A stretch of 64,000 nt of DNA from an uncultured Thermomicrobiales bacterium (GTDB lineage: Bacteria > Chloroflexota > Chloroflexia > Thermomicrobiales > UBA6265): contig CADCWE010000201.1 in the NCBI GenBank assembly GCA_902806325.1, positions 1,030-65,029 of the forward strand, in the 5' to 3' direction. The translations under genes were made by a program, and so were the position numbers. How positions within the stretch are numbered: position 1 is the first letter of the stretch; each line of letters begins with the position of its first letter. Positions 11,728 to 19,744 of the stretch are shown in pieces. Below the pieces are notes generated by a model. That model was not told the DNA's origin, ran no database searches, and saw only the letters and a program-made list of their open reading frames with translations.

Positions 11728-12203
11728 GCGCGCTCCTGTTCCGCTTCGTTCGCTGCCAGCATCAAATCGGCGTACGATCCGGCCACCGGCGCGAACCGGC
11801 CCCGATCCAGTCCGAGTTCGGCGACGACCGCCGTGTGTTCGGTTTCGGCCGCGGCGCGGTCCCCGCCGGCGACCACCGTTTCCAGCTCCACGAATGCCCC
11901 CAGCCCGGCCACGTCGTCGAGGTGGACCCGCGTCCGCCCGACGACGCCAACCGCGCGCGTCTTCGCGACCACCGCCAGCGCGCCGACCGTCTCCGACAGC
12001 GCCGCTTCCAACGCCCTCGCGTCCTCCGCCGCAACCGGGACCCGGTGATAGGCGCTCCAGCGGGAGCCGGTCTCGTCCGCCCGGTGGTAGGCGATCAACT
12101 CCGCCGCCGGGTCGCGACCCGCTTCGTCGCTTCGTCGCAGCTTCAAGCGGCCCCGCGCCGCCGCGAAGTAGGCGTCGCGCTGGGTCAGCGTGCGCACGGC
12201 CAC
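11724..12203 (-). CDS. CYTH-domain protein / class IV (CyaB-like) adenylate cyclase family
   Basis: Motifs: QRDAYF..GRLKLR, GRTRVHLDDVAGLGAFVELE, SYADL. Family similarity continues in frame upstream of the GTG at 12203 (ENLERKVRC at 12252-12278), so the true 5' end is unresolved. Confidence 0.7.
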   Translation of the reverse strand: MAVRTLTQRDAYFAAARGRLKLRRSDEAGRDPAAELIAYHRADETGSRWSAYHRVPVAAEDARALEAALSETVGALAVVAKTRAVGVVGRTRVHLDDVAGLGAFVELETVVAGGDRAAAETEHTAVVAELGLDRGRFAPVAGSYADLMLAANEAEQERA

Positions 12204-12448
12204 GCCGAGCGCATCGAGCCGCGCTCGGATCGCGGCGAGGTCGGCATCGCCGCAGCGGACCTTCCGCTCCAGATTTTCCGCCCCACCGCCCGCGTCCGTC
12301 TTGTCCCCCTCGCCGCGTTCCGGACCGGCGGGACTGTACCGGGGCGCCCGCAGCCACGCAAGCCCGACCCGTCGTCCGAGGGCGACTCGCCCGGGGCGCT
12401 ATGCTTCCGATCCCTGTCGTCCCGTCGCGCCGCCACCGGAGCCGCCCG

Positions 12449-13921
12449 ATGCCCGATCCGTTCCCGGGTCCCGACCACCGCCGCGCCCCGTTGCTGGACG
12501 CCCTGCGGTGCTACCGGGAGGCGGACTTCGCCCCGTTCTCGACCCCCGGCCACAAACGCGGCGCCGGGGCCGATCCCGAACTCCGGGAGTTATTGGGATC
12601 CGACGCCCTAGCGAGCGACATCCCGCTCGGCGGCGGAATCGACGACAGCCACTTCACCGGCGACACGCTGGGCGCGGCCGAGCGGCTGGCGGCGGCGGCC
12701 TGGGGCGCGGACCGCGCGTTCTTTCTCCTCAACGGCTCGTCGGCCGGCAACCACGCCTACCTGTTGGCCGCGCTCAACCCCGGCGACGAGGTTGTCGTCG
12801 CGCGCGACATCCACAAATCGTTGCTGGTCGCCTTGATCCTGACCGGGGCGCGGCCGGTCTACGTCGCGCCGCGGCTCCACCCGACGCTCGACGTCGGGCT
12901 GGGGGTGGCGGCGGCGGATATCGCCGCGGCGCTCGACGCCCACCCGGCCGCGAGACTGGTTGCCGTGGTCAGCCCGTCCTACTGCGGGGTGCCGTCCGAC
13001 CTGGCCGCGATCGCCCGGGTCGCCCACGAGCGCGGCGTGCCGCTCTACGTCGACGAGGCGTGGGGACCGCACTTCGCCTTCCACCCCGGGTTGCCGCCGT
13101 CGGCGATGGCGAGCGGCGCGGACGGCGCGGTGGTCAGCACCCACAAGGTCCTCGCCAGCCTGACCCAGGCCGCGATCCTGCAGGTCCGGGGGGATCGGAT
13201 CGACCCGGAGCGGGTGGCGACCACCGTCGGGATGGCCAACACCACCAGCCCGTCCGTGACGATCCTGGCCTCGATCGACGCCTGCCGGCGCCAGATGGCG
13301 CTGTTCGGGCACGCCTTGCTCGACCGCGCGATCGTGCTCGCAGAGGACGCCCGGACGCGGCTGCGGGCGTTGCCGGGCGTGGACGTGCTGGGGGCGGACC
13401 GGCTGGGGACAGACGCCTACGACCGCACCAAATTGGTGGTCGACGTCCACGGGTTGGGAATGACCGGGTTCCAGGTCGAACGCGCCCTGCGGGAGCGGTT
13501 CCGGGTCCAACCGGAGATGAGCGACCTGGCCGGCGTCATCTGCCTGGTTTCCGTCGCCGACACGACCGAAAGTATCGGGCGCCTGGTCGCGGCGTTCGCC
13601 GCGTTGGCGGACGAGCGCCGCCCACCGGCCGAGCAGGGAGCCACGCCGCGCTCCTCCGGCGCGGTGCTGACGGCGGGGATCCCGGCCCTCTCGCCGCGCG
13701 ACGCCTTCTTCGCCCCCAGCCGGGCGGTGCCGCTGCGGGATGCGGCGGGAGAGGTCTCGGCCGAGCTGGTGATCCCGTATCCGCCCGGGATCCCGATTCT
13801 GGCGCCGGGGGACGTCGTCTCCGCCGAAGCCGTCGCCTACCTGGAACGGGGCGCCGCGCACGGGATGTACGTGTCCGGCGCCGCGGACCCGACCCTTGGC
13901 ACGCTTCGAATCTTGGCCTAG
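12449..13921 (+). CDS. Orn/Lys/Arg decarboxylase-family PLP enzyme (fold type I)
   Basis: ATG at 12449 (alternative at 12401). Motifs: FSTPGHKRG, LLNGSSAGNHA, VVSTHKVLASL (PLP lysine), and the C-terminal IPYPPGIP motif. Confidence 0.85.
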   Translation: MPDPFPGPDHRRAPLLDALRCYREADFAPFSTPGHKRGAGADPELRELLGSDALASDIPLGGGIDDSHFTGDTLGAAERLAAAAWGADRAFFLLNGSSAGNHAYLLAALNPGDEVVVARDIHKSLLVALILTGARPVYVAPRLHPTLDVGLGVAAADIAAALDAHPAARLVAVVSPSYCGVPSDLAAIARVAHERGVPLYVDEAWGPHFAFHPGLPPSAMASGADGAVVSTHKVLASLTQAAILQVRGDRIDPERVATTVGMANTTSPSVTILASIDACRRQMALFGHALLDRAIVLAEDARTRLRALPGVDVLGADRLGTDAYDRTKLVVDVHGLGMTGFQVERALRERFRVQPEMSDLAGVICLVSVADTTESIGRLVAAFAALADERRPPAEQGATPRSSGAVLTAGIPALSPRDAFFAPSRAVPLRDAAGEVSAELVIPYPPGIPILAPGDVVSAEAVAYLERGAAHGMYVSGAADPTLGTLRILA

Positions 13922-14070
13922 CCCGAAAAACCATCCCGGAGGGGCAAGTCGACGTTAACAAGCACTTCTTGCCCGTGTGGCACCAACCATGCGACCATCG
14001 TCCAAGCGGTTGCCGGTTCTGGGGTGTCAGGGAGGCGCCCCACCGGAGACCAAGGAGGGAGTACGGGGCC

Positions 14071-15075
14071 ATGTCGAGAATCTTGTCGTTCGTGGCTGCG
14101 CTGATGCTGTTCGCATCGGTCGGAATGTCCGGCGTCGCGGCGCAGGACGCAACGCCGGCCGCCGGGTCCAACGAGTACGGGTTGCCGCAGTTGGACCTGA
14201 CCATCACCGACACCGAGATCCAGGGCATCCCGGCCGAACTAACCGCCGGTCGCTACTTCGTGTCCTTGACCGTCGACGTTGCCCCAGGTCCCGGCGAGGA
14301 TACCGGGTTCGGCGCCGTCGGCTTCGTGCAACTGCCGGAAGGCCGCACCGCGGCCGACCTGACGATTCCGGCCGGCGGCGAGGCGACTCCCGTCGGCGCC
14401 GAGGGCACGCCGCCGGCCGAAGGCGCGGCCGAGGCGATCGGATCCCCACCGGCGGACGCCGATCCGTTCGCCTGGCTCTACGAGACCTACGTCTCCGGCG
14501 GTCCCGGTGGCGCATCCGGTGGGACCTACGCGGGGATCATCGAGCTGCCGCCGGGCAACTACGCCGTCTGGGGCGACGACCCGGAGGCCACTCAGGCGCC
14601 CGTCGAGGTCACCGTCACCGGCACCCTCGATACCGCGGCGATGACCGAGCCGACCGCCGCCGTCACGATCCGCGAGGTCAACATCCCGGACGGCTTCGCC
14701 TTCGAGATCGAAGGCACCCTGTCCACCGGGACGCAACTGATCAAGATCGTCAACGAGTCGGACCAGCCGCACTTCGTGGTTTCCGAGCTCTCGTCGGAGC
14801 CGATCACGGTCGAGCAGCTGTTCGCGTTCTTCGGGTCGTTCGAGACCGGCACCCCGGTTCCCGGCGTGTCCGAGGAGCAGTTCTCCGCCGGCATCTACGC
14901 CGCCACCCAGTCGGCCGGATCCACCCAGTGGATCGTCGCCGACGTCCAGGCCGGGTACCACGTCGTGCTCTGCTTCATTCCCGACCCGACCAAGGGCGGC
15001 ATCCCGCACGCCTTCGAGGGCATGGCCGAAATCGTCCCGGTTGGCGTGGACGCGGCGGCGACGCCCGCGGCCTAA
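14071..15075 (+). CDS. Secreted two-module beta-rich protein, possibly cupredoxin-like
   Basis: AAGGAGGG SD precedes the ATG. Signal peptide MSRILSFVAALMLFASVGMSGVAAQD. The C-terminal module carries His/Cys/His/Met in type-1-copper order (QPHFVV ... LCFIPDPTKGGIPHAFEGM). A strong terminator follows. Confidence 0.7.
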   Translation: MSRILSFVAALMLFASVGMSGVAAQDATPAAGSNEYGLPQLDLTITDTEIQGIPAELTAGRYFVSLTVDVAPGPGEDTGFGAVGFVQLPEGRTAADLTIPAGGEATPVGAEGTPPAEGAAEAIGSPPADADPFAWLYETYVSGGPGGASGGTYAGIIELPPGNYAVWGDDPEATQAPVEVTVTGTLDTAAMTEPTAAVTIREVNIPDGFAFEIEGTLSTGTQLIKIVNESDQPHFVVSELSSEPITVEQLFAFFGSFETGTPVPGVSEEQFSAGIYAATQSAGSTQWIVADVQAGYHVVLCFIPDPTKGGIPHAFEGMAEIVPVGVDAAATPAA

Positions 15076-15090
15076 TTTCCTGACTCCCCG

Positions 15091-15125
15091 GCCCCCTCTC
15101 CCGAACGCGGGAGAGGGGGCTTTTT
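15091..15125 (+). terminator. Intrinsic terminator
   Basis: gCCCCCTCTCCCG-aacg-CGGGAGAGGGGGc followed by TTTTT, 16 nt after the stop at 15075. Confidence 0.8.
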
Positions 15126-15159
15126 GGTGCGCGCGATCAACCGGGAGCGTGAGGGTCCT

Positions 15160-15210
15160 ATCGGCTCCCCCTCTCCTATGCTACGGGTGAGGGGGTGAGG
15201 GGGTGAGGGA
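15160..15210. repeat. G/C-tract repeat cluster, including a tandem 8-mer (GGGGGTGA) in three copies
   Basis: ctccccctctcc at 15165-15176. gggtga gggggtga gggggtga ggga at 15185-15210. The last roughly 12 codons of the aminotransferase ORF (..FPHPLTPSPVA) are read from this repeat. Confidence 0.6.
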
Positions 15211-16396
15211 ATTCCCGCCCCGCCGCCAGCTTTTCCGGCAACCGCGCCAGCCGCGCCGCCGCTTCCCGCAGCGTCTCCTCGCGCTTGGCGAAGCAGAACC
15301 GGGCGAGCAGCGGGGCACGCGCGGGGTCCAGGTAAAAGGCGGACGGCGGCACCGCGGCGACCCCGACCTCGGCGGTCAGCCAGCGGCAAAAGGCGACGTC
15401 GTCGGGAAATCCGAGACCGGCGACGTCGGCCATCAGGAAATAGCTCCCGGCGGTCGGCAGGGTCGGCAAGCCCGCCCCTTCGAGCGCCGCCCGCATCAGG
15501 TCGCGGCGGGCGGCGTACTCAGTCCTCAGCCGGTGGTAGTAGCCGAGGCCCGGCGCCGCCTCCATCGCCGCCGCCATCGCGTCCTGGAACGGGGTCGCGC
15601 TGGCGAAGGTGACGAACTGGTGGACCGCGCGCAGGGCCGCGTTCAACCCCGCCGGGCCGACCGCGTAGCCGATCTTCCAGCCGGTCATGGAAAACGTCTT
15701 GCCGGTCGAGTTGATCGACAGCGTCCGCTCCCACATCCCCGGCATCTCCGCCAGGGGGACGTGGATCGCCCCGTCGAAGACGATCCGGTCGTAGACCTCG
15801 TCGGCCAGCGCGACCACGTCGTGCTCCCGGCAGAGTCCGGCAACGATGTCCAGCTCCGCCCGCGAAAAGACCTTTCCGGTCGGGTTGTGCGGGGTGTTCA
15901 GCAGCAGCAGCCGGGTGCGCGGGGAGAAGGCCGCCGCCAACTCGTCCGGGTCGAACCGCCAGTCCGGCGGGCGCAGCGTCACCGGCACCAGGCGCCCCCC
16001 GGCCAGGGTTGCGCTGGCCGGGTACGAGTCGTAGAACGGCTCGAACGCAACGATCTCGTCATCGGGACCCAGAAATGCCTGGATCGCGTCGAAGATCGTT
16101 TCCGTCGCGCCGCTGGTGACGGTGATCTCCGACTCTGGGTCCAGCGTTCGCCCGCGCTCCCGCGCCCAGTCGGCGGCGATCGCCGTCCGCAACCGCGGCG
16201 CGCCATAGGCGACCGCGTACTGGTTCAAATCGGCGTCGATCGCCGCCTTGGCCGCCTCCTTGACGAACCCCGGCCCCGGAAAGTCCGGAAACCCCTGGCC
16301 GAGGTTGACCGCGCCGTGCTGCGTGGCGAGGCGGCTCATCTCGGTGAAGACGGACGTGCCGAAACCGCGGACGCGGGCGGCGGCGTGGTGGTGCAT
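15176..16396 (-). CDS. Class I/II PLP aminotransferase (MalY/kynurenine-methionine aminotransferase type)
   Basis: ATG at 16396 (MHHHAAARVRGFGTSVFTEMS...). Motifs: NLGQGFPDF, LLLNTPHNPTGKVF, SINSTGKTFSMTGWKIGY (PLP lysine). The upstream 149 codons of track ORF 15176-16843 are a separate gene remnant. Confidence 0.9.
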   Translation of the reverse strand: MHHHAAARVRGFGTSVFTEMSRLATQHGAVNLGQGFPDFPGPGFVKEAAKAAIDADLNQYAVAYGAPRLRTAIAADWARERGRTLDPESEITVTSGATETIFDAIQAFLGPDDEIVAFEPFYDSYPASATLAGGRLVPVTLRPPDWRFDPDELAAAFSPRTRLLLLNTPHNPTGKVFSRAELDIVAGLCREHDVVALADEVYDRIVFDGAIHVPLAEMPGMWERTLSINSTGKTFSMTGWKIGYAVGPAGLNAALRAVHQFVTFASATPFQDAMAAAMEAAPGLGYYHRLRTEYAARRDLMRAALEGAGLPTLPTAGSYFLMADVAGLGFPDDVAFCRWLTAEVGVAAVPPSAFYLDPARAPLLARFCFAKREETLREAAARLARLPEKLAAGREFPHPLTPSPVA

Positions 16397-16843
16397 ACGA
16401 TCAACCAATCCTGGATAGCGCGGCGCGCTTCGACCGGTCCACTTGGCTGTTTCGGGCGCGGGCTCGGCAACGCGCTTCGCGGCCAGAAAGCGAACCGCCG
16501 CGTTGCGGCCCGCCGACGCGGCGTCGCGTCGGAACAAGCGAGCGGTCATCGCCAGCGCCGCGTGCCGCGCGTCGGCGAGGTCGCGCGGCGGCGACAGCGG
16601 CATCGTGGGGCCGTCGGCGGTCGGGGTGAAGCCGTCGTTCGGGAGGCGCGGCATCGCCGGGTCCGGCGTCACCGCCACCGCGAAGAAGCCGCCGCCAAAG
16701 CCGCCCTCGTGCGCCCGCGGAAGGTCAAGCTGTCCGCCGATCCCGCGCTCGGAGATCGGTCCCCGGCGTCGATCCGGCACCGTGTAGCCGGGCCAGCCCG
16801 TCGTTGTGGTCGTCAAAATCGGCGGCTCGGCGGCGACCGTCAC
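16397..16843 (-). pseudogene. Remnant of an M19 (renal-type) membrane dipeptidase N-terminus, frameshifted and truncated
   Basis: GAGGAGGG plus GTG at 16843. In frame: GQLDLPRAHEGGFGGGFFAVAV (16682-16726 region). The family DxHND motif (DFDDHNDGLARL, 16800-16820) is present only in a different frame. Only about 145 of the expected 350+ codons remain before the aminotransferase start. Confidence 0.5.
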
Positions 16844-16853
16844 GGCGCCCTCC

Positions 16854-17276
16854 TCAATGGTCGCCGCTGGACCGTTCGCCGCCGGACGGACGACCGGCGG
16901 CGCGATCCACCACCTGAACCTCCCGCACCCCGTTCGCTCGGGTCATGGGACGCACGATCGGCGGCAGGAGGCCAATCGCCGTCGCCACGCCGACCAACCG
17001 CGCGTCCGCCGTCTCGGACCACCGCCCGCCGCGGATCAGGCCGCACCCTCCGGCGACGAGAACGTTTTGCACCCAATCCGCGTCTGGGCCGTAGGTGAGG
17101 GCGATCGCGTAGCCGTCCGTCGTGGCGAACGCCATCACGGGTGTCGCGTACTCCACACCAGTCCGCCGGCCGCGATGGACGACGATGGCGAGCGGTGGCA
17201 GACGACCCGCGAACCGGCGGGCGACCAACCCGATCGCCCGCCGGTTGAACCGCGCCAGCCAGCCGGGGAATGCCAT
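16854..17276 (-). CDS. Deazaflavin(F420)-dependent nitroreductase-family (DDN/DUF385-like) protein
   Basis: 140 aa. VVHRGRRTGVEYATPVMAF..DGYAIALTYGPDADWVQNV is the typical split-barrel DDN pattern. Confidence 0.8.
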   Translation of the reverse strand: MAFPGWLARFNRRAIGLVARRFAGRLPPLAIVVHRGRRTGVEYATPVMAFATTDGYAIALTYGPDADWVQNVLVAGGCGLIRGGRWSETADARLVGVATAIGLLPPIVRPMTRANGVREVQVVDRAAGRPSGGERSSGDH

Positions 17277-17296
17277 TCGGCCTTAAACCGTTCCAC

Positions 17297-17833
17297 TCAC
17301 GAGGCTCCCATCACCGTCGCCGCGCCGGCATCTCGGTTGCCCATCACCAGCAGGTACCAGCCGAACAGGACCAGCAGCGGCAGATCCGGCAACCGCGTCG
17401 CGTCCACCAAAGGCTCGACGGTGGCGCTCGATTTGAGCATCCCCTTGGTCGGGTCGAAGCGGACCACTTCCTGCTCGTGTGCGTTCAGCCAGGCGTAGGT
17501 CCGGTTCCAGACGTGGCTGCCGTGCCACAGGTAGGTCGCGCCGCCGTCGAGCGCGAGCACCCCGTCTCCGTTCCAGCGCGGGTCGAACGTCGCCTGATCG
17601 GTCTCCGTCCCGGCGGCGCGGATCGTGCCGGTCGTGCGCCAGAACCCGACCCGCTTGAAGGTCCAGGCGCTGTCGCCGGCCGAGGCTTCGGCCAGGGATC
17701 CCATCGCCTTCGGCCAGCGTAGCGTGGCGACCGGCGCCGGATCGTCGCCGGCCAGGAGCGCGTACTCCTCCTTGGTCGTCGAGGGCTGCCGCCAGATCAG
17801 CGGTCGCCCGGCGAGGTCTCGGGAGCCGAGCAT
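17297..17833 (-). CDS. Hypothetical protein (beta-rich domain plus C-terminal TM helix)
   Basis: 178-aa ORF with normal amino-acid composition (W/Y/K/N rich, unlike shadow ORFs). C-terminal segment LPLLVLFGWYLLVMG. It is tightly packed between neighbouring genes. Confidence 0.6.
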   Translation of the reverse strand: MLGSRDLAGRPLIWRQPSTTKEEYALLAGDDPAPVATLRWPKAMGSLAEASAGDSAWTFKRVGFWRTTGTIRAAGTETDQATFDPRWNGDGVLALDGGATYLWHGSHVWNRTYAWLNAHEQEVVRFDPTKGMLKSSATVEPLVDATRLPDLPLLVLFGWYLLVMGNRDAGAATVMGAS

Positions 17834-17846
17834 CGTGGTGGCCTCC

Positions 17847-19727
17847 TTACGCCGCGGCGTCGAGCACCCCCCGGTCCGCCAGGGCCTCCATCTCGGTCAC
17901 CACGCGGTCGAACTCGGCCAGGGCGGCCTCGATCGGGGCCGGGGTGGTCAGGTCAACGCCGGCGCCCTGGAGGATGGAGAGCGAGTAGTCGGAGCCGCCG
18001 GCGGCGAGCATCGCCAGGTAGCGCTCGGCGGCGCGGGCGCCCTCGTCGCGCAGGGCGCGGGCGATCGCGACCGCGGCCGACATCCCGGTCGCGTACTGGA
18101 AGACGTAGAACCCGCGGTAGAAGTGGGGGATCCGCGCCCAGCGGATGCGGACCGTGTCGTCGACGACCACGCCGGGGGTGTAGTCGGCCTGCAAGCCGCC
18201 GTAGAGGTCGTTCAGCCCGGTCAAGGTCAGCGGCTCGCCGGCTTCCACTCCGGCGTGGGTCTCGCGCTCGAACTCGGCGAACATCGTCTGCGTGATCACG
18301 GTACCGTTGAACCCGTCGGCGAAGCGGTCCAAGAGGGCGAACCGCCCGACCAGGTCGTCGGCCGGGGTCTGGTCGAGCAGGTGCCAGGTCAGCAGGACCT
18401 CGTTGACCGTCGAGGCGATCTCGGCCAAGAAGATCGTGTAGTAGGCGTCGTGGTAGGGGTTGTTGGCCATCGCGTAGTGGCTGTGCATCGCGTGGCCGGC
18501 CTCGTGGGCGAGGGTGAAGACGTCGTTGAGGGTGCCGTTCCAATTCATCAGGATCACCGGCGGCGCGCCGTAGGTGCCGGAGGAGTAGGCGCCGGAGCGT
18601 TTGCCCTTGGTCTCGTGGACATCCACCCAGCGGTTGGCGAACCCGGCCCGGAGGTCGGAGACGTAGCGTGCTCCCAGCGGACCCAGCCCGGAGAGGACGA
18701 TCTCGACCGCTTCCCGGTATCCAAACCGCTTGGCGGGGGTGGGGGCGAGTGGCACCCGCAGGTCGTAGACCGCCAACTCGTCCAGCTTCAGCGCCCGCTT
18801 CCGGAGCGCCAGGAACCGTTCCAAACTCGGCCGAGCGGTGCGCACGGCCGCGATCAGGCCGTCGTAGACCGAGACCGGGATGTTGTTCTCGAACAACGCC
18901 GCCGCCCGCGCCGACTCGTGGTTGCGAACCCGGGCCTGGAACACGTCCTTGCGGACCGAACCGGCGTGGAGCGCGGCCAGGGTGTGGCCGTGGTTCTGGT
19001 AGGCCCGGATCAGGGTCTCGTGGGCGCCGCGGCGGACCTCCCGGTTCTTGCTTTCCAGGAGCAGGGCGTGGCGACCCTTGGTTAGGGTTACCTGGGCGCC
19101 GGTGTCGTCGACGACGGTGCCGAACTCCAGGTCGGCGTTGTCCAACTGGCCGAAGGCGTCGCGCGGGATGCGGGCAATCTCCGCCGCCTGGGCCAGCAAT
19201 TCTTCGATCTCGACCGAGCGGACGTGCGGCCGCTGCCGGATCAGGTCGTCGAGCAGGTGACCGTAGGTCGCCAACGCCGGGTCGGCGCGGTACGTCTCCA
19301 GGGTCTGGGGCGGGATGGCGAGGATCTCCGGTTCCATGAACGCCAGCGCCTGCCCGGCCTCGATCGCCAGCGCGGTCGCCCGCTCCCGGCGGGCGTTGTT
19401 CGCTTGGTCCGACGTGTCCTCGTCGGCCCTGAGGGACGCGTAGGTGCCGAGGCGGTCGGCCAGGCGGCGGACGGCCATCGCGTCGTCGAGCGCCACCCGC
19501 AAGGCATCCGCCGAGGCGCCGAGCAGGCCCCGGTGGGCGGCGGCCTTGGCGACCGCGGCGGGCAACGCCGCGGCGTCCGTTTCCCACGCCGCATCGGCGG
19601 CGTAGATGGTGGAGAGATCCCAGATGTCTTCCGGGGCCAACTGATCCCGGGTCAAAACGTCGGACTGGGCGGCGTGCAATTCGGCAACCACGCGCGGGCC
19701 TCCTCGGGTGGTGTGATCGCGTCCCAT
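17847..19727 (-). CDS. pepF: Oligoendopeptidase F (M3B), copy 1
   Basis: 626 aa. Zinc motif TLAHEAGHAMHS, with the downstream FLAEIAST..E ligand region. Full-length M3B architecture. Confidence 0.92.
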   Translation of the reverse strand: MGRDHTTRGGPRVVAELHAAQSDVLTRDQLAPEDIWDLSTIYAADAAWETDAAALPAAVAKAAAHRGLLGASADALRVALDDAMAVRRLADRLGTYASLRADEDTSDQANNARRERATALAIEAGQALAFMEPEILAIPPQTLETYRADPALATYGHLLDDLIRQRPHVRSVEIEELLAQAAEIARIPRDAFGQLDNADLEFGTVVDDTGAQVTLTKGRHALLLESKNREVRRGAHETLIRAYQNHGHTLAALHAGSVRKDVFQARVRNHESARAAALFENNIPVSVYDGLIAAVRTARPSLERFLALRKRALKLDELAVYDLRVPLAPTPAKRFGYREAVEIVLSGLGPLGARYVSDLRAGFANRWVDVHETKGKRSGAYSSGTYGAPPVILMNWNGTLNDVFTLAHEAGHAMHSHYAMANNPYHDAYYTIFLAEIASTVNEVLLTWHLLDQTPADDLVGRFALLDRFADGFNGTVITQTMFAEFERETHAGVEAGEPLTLTGLNDLYGGLQADYTPGVVVDDTVRIRWARIPHFYRGFYVFQYATGMSAAVAIARALRDEGARAAERYLAMLAAGGSDYSLSILQGAGVDLTTPAPIEAALAEFDRVVTEMEALADRGVLDAAA

Positions 19728-19744
19728 CGGTTTGCGAGGCTATG

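Noticed and set aside
11894-14070. Run-on 5' extensions of track ORFs 11894-13921 (675 aa) and 12190-15075 (961 aa).
   Set aside because: Family similarity and SD-preceded starts appear only at 12449 and 14071. The upstream parts overlap the CYTH, LLM and decarboxylase genes and are low-complexity.
15185-15210. Tandem GGGGGTGA repeats as a possible CRISPR or other array.
   Set aside because: The unit is only 8 nt, there are three copies, there are no spacers, and the repeats lie partly inside a CDS end. This is a microsatellite-like G/C-tract repeat, not a CRISPR array.
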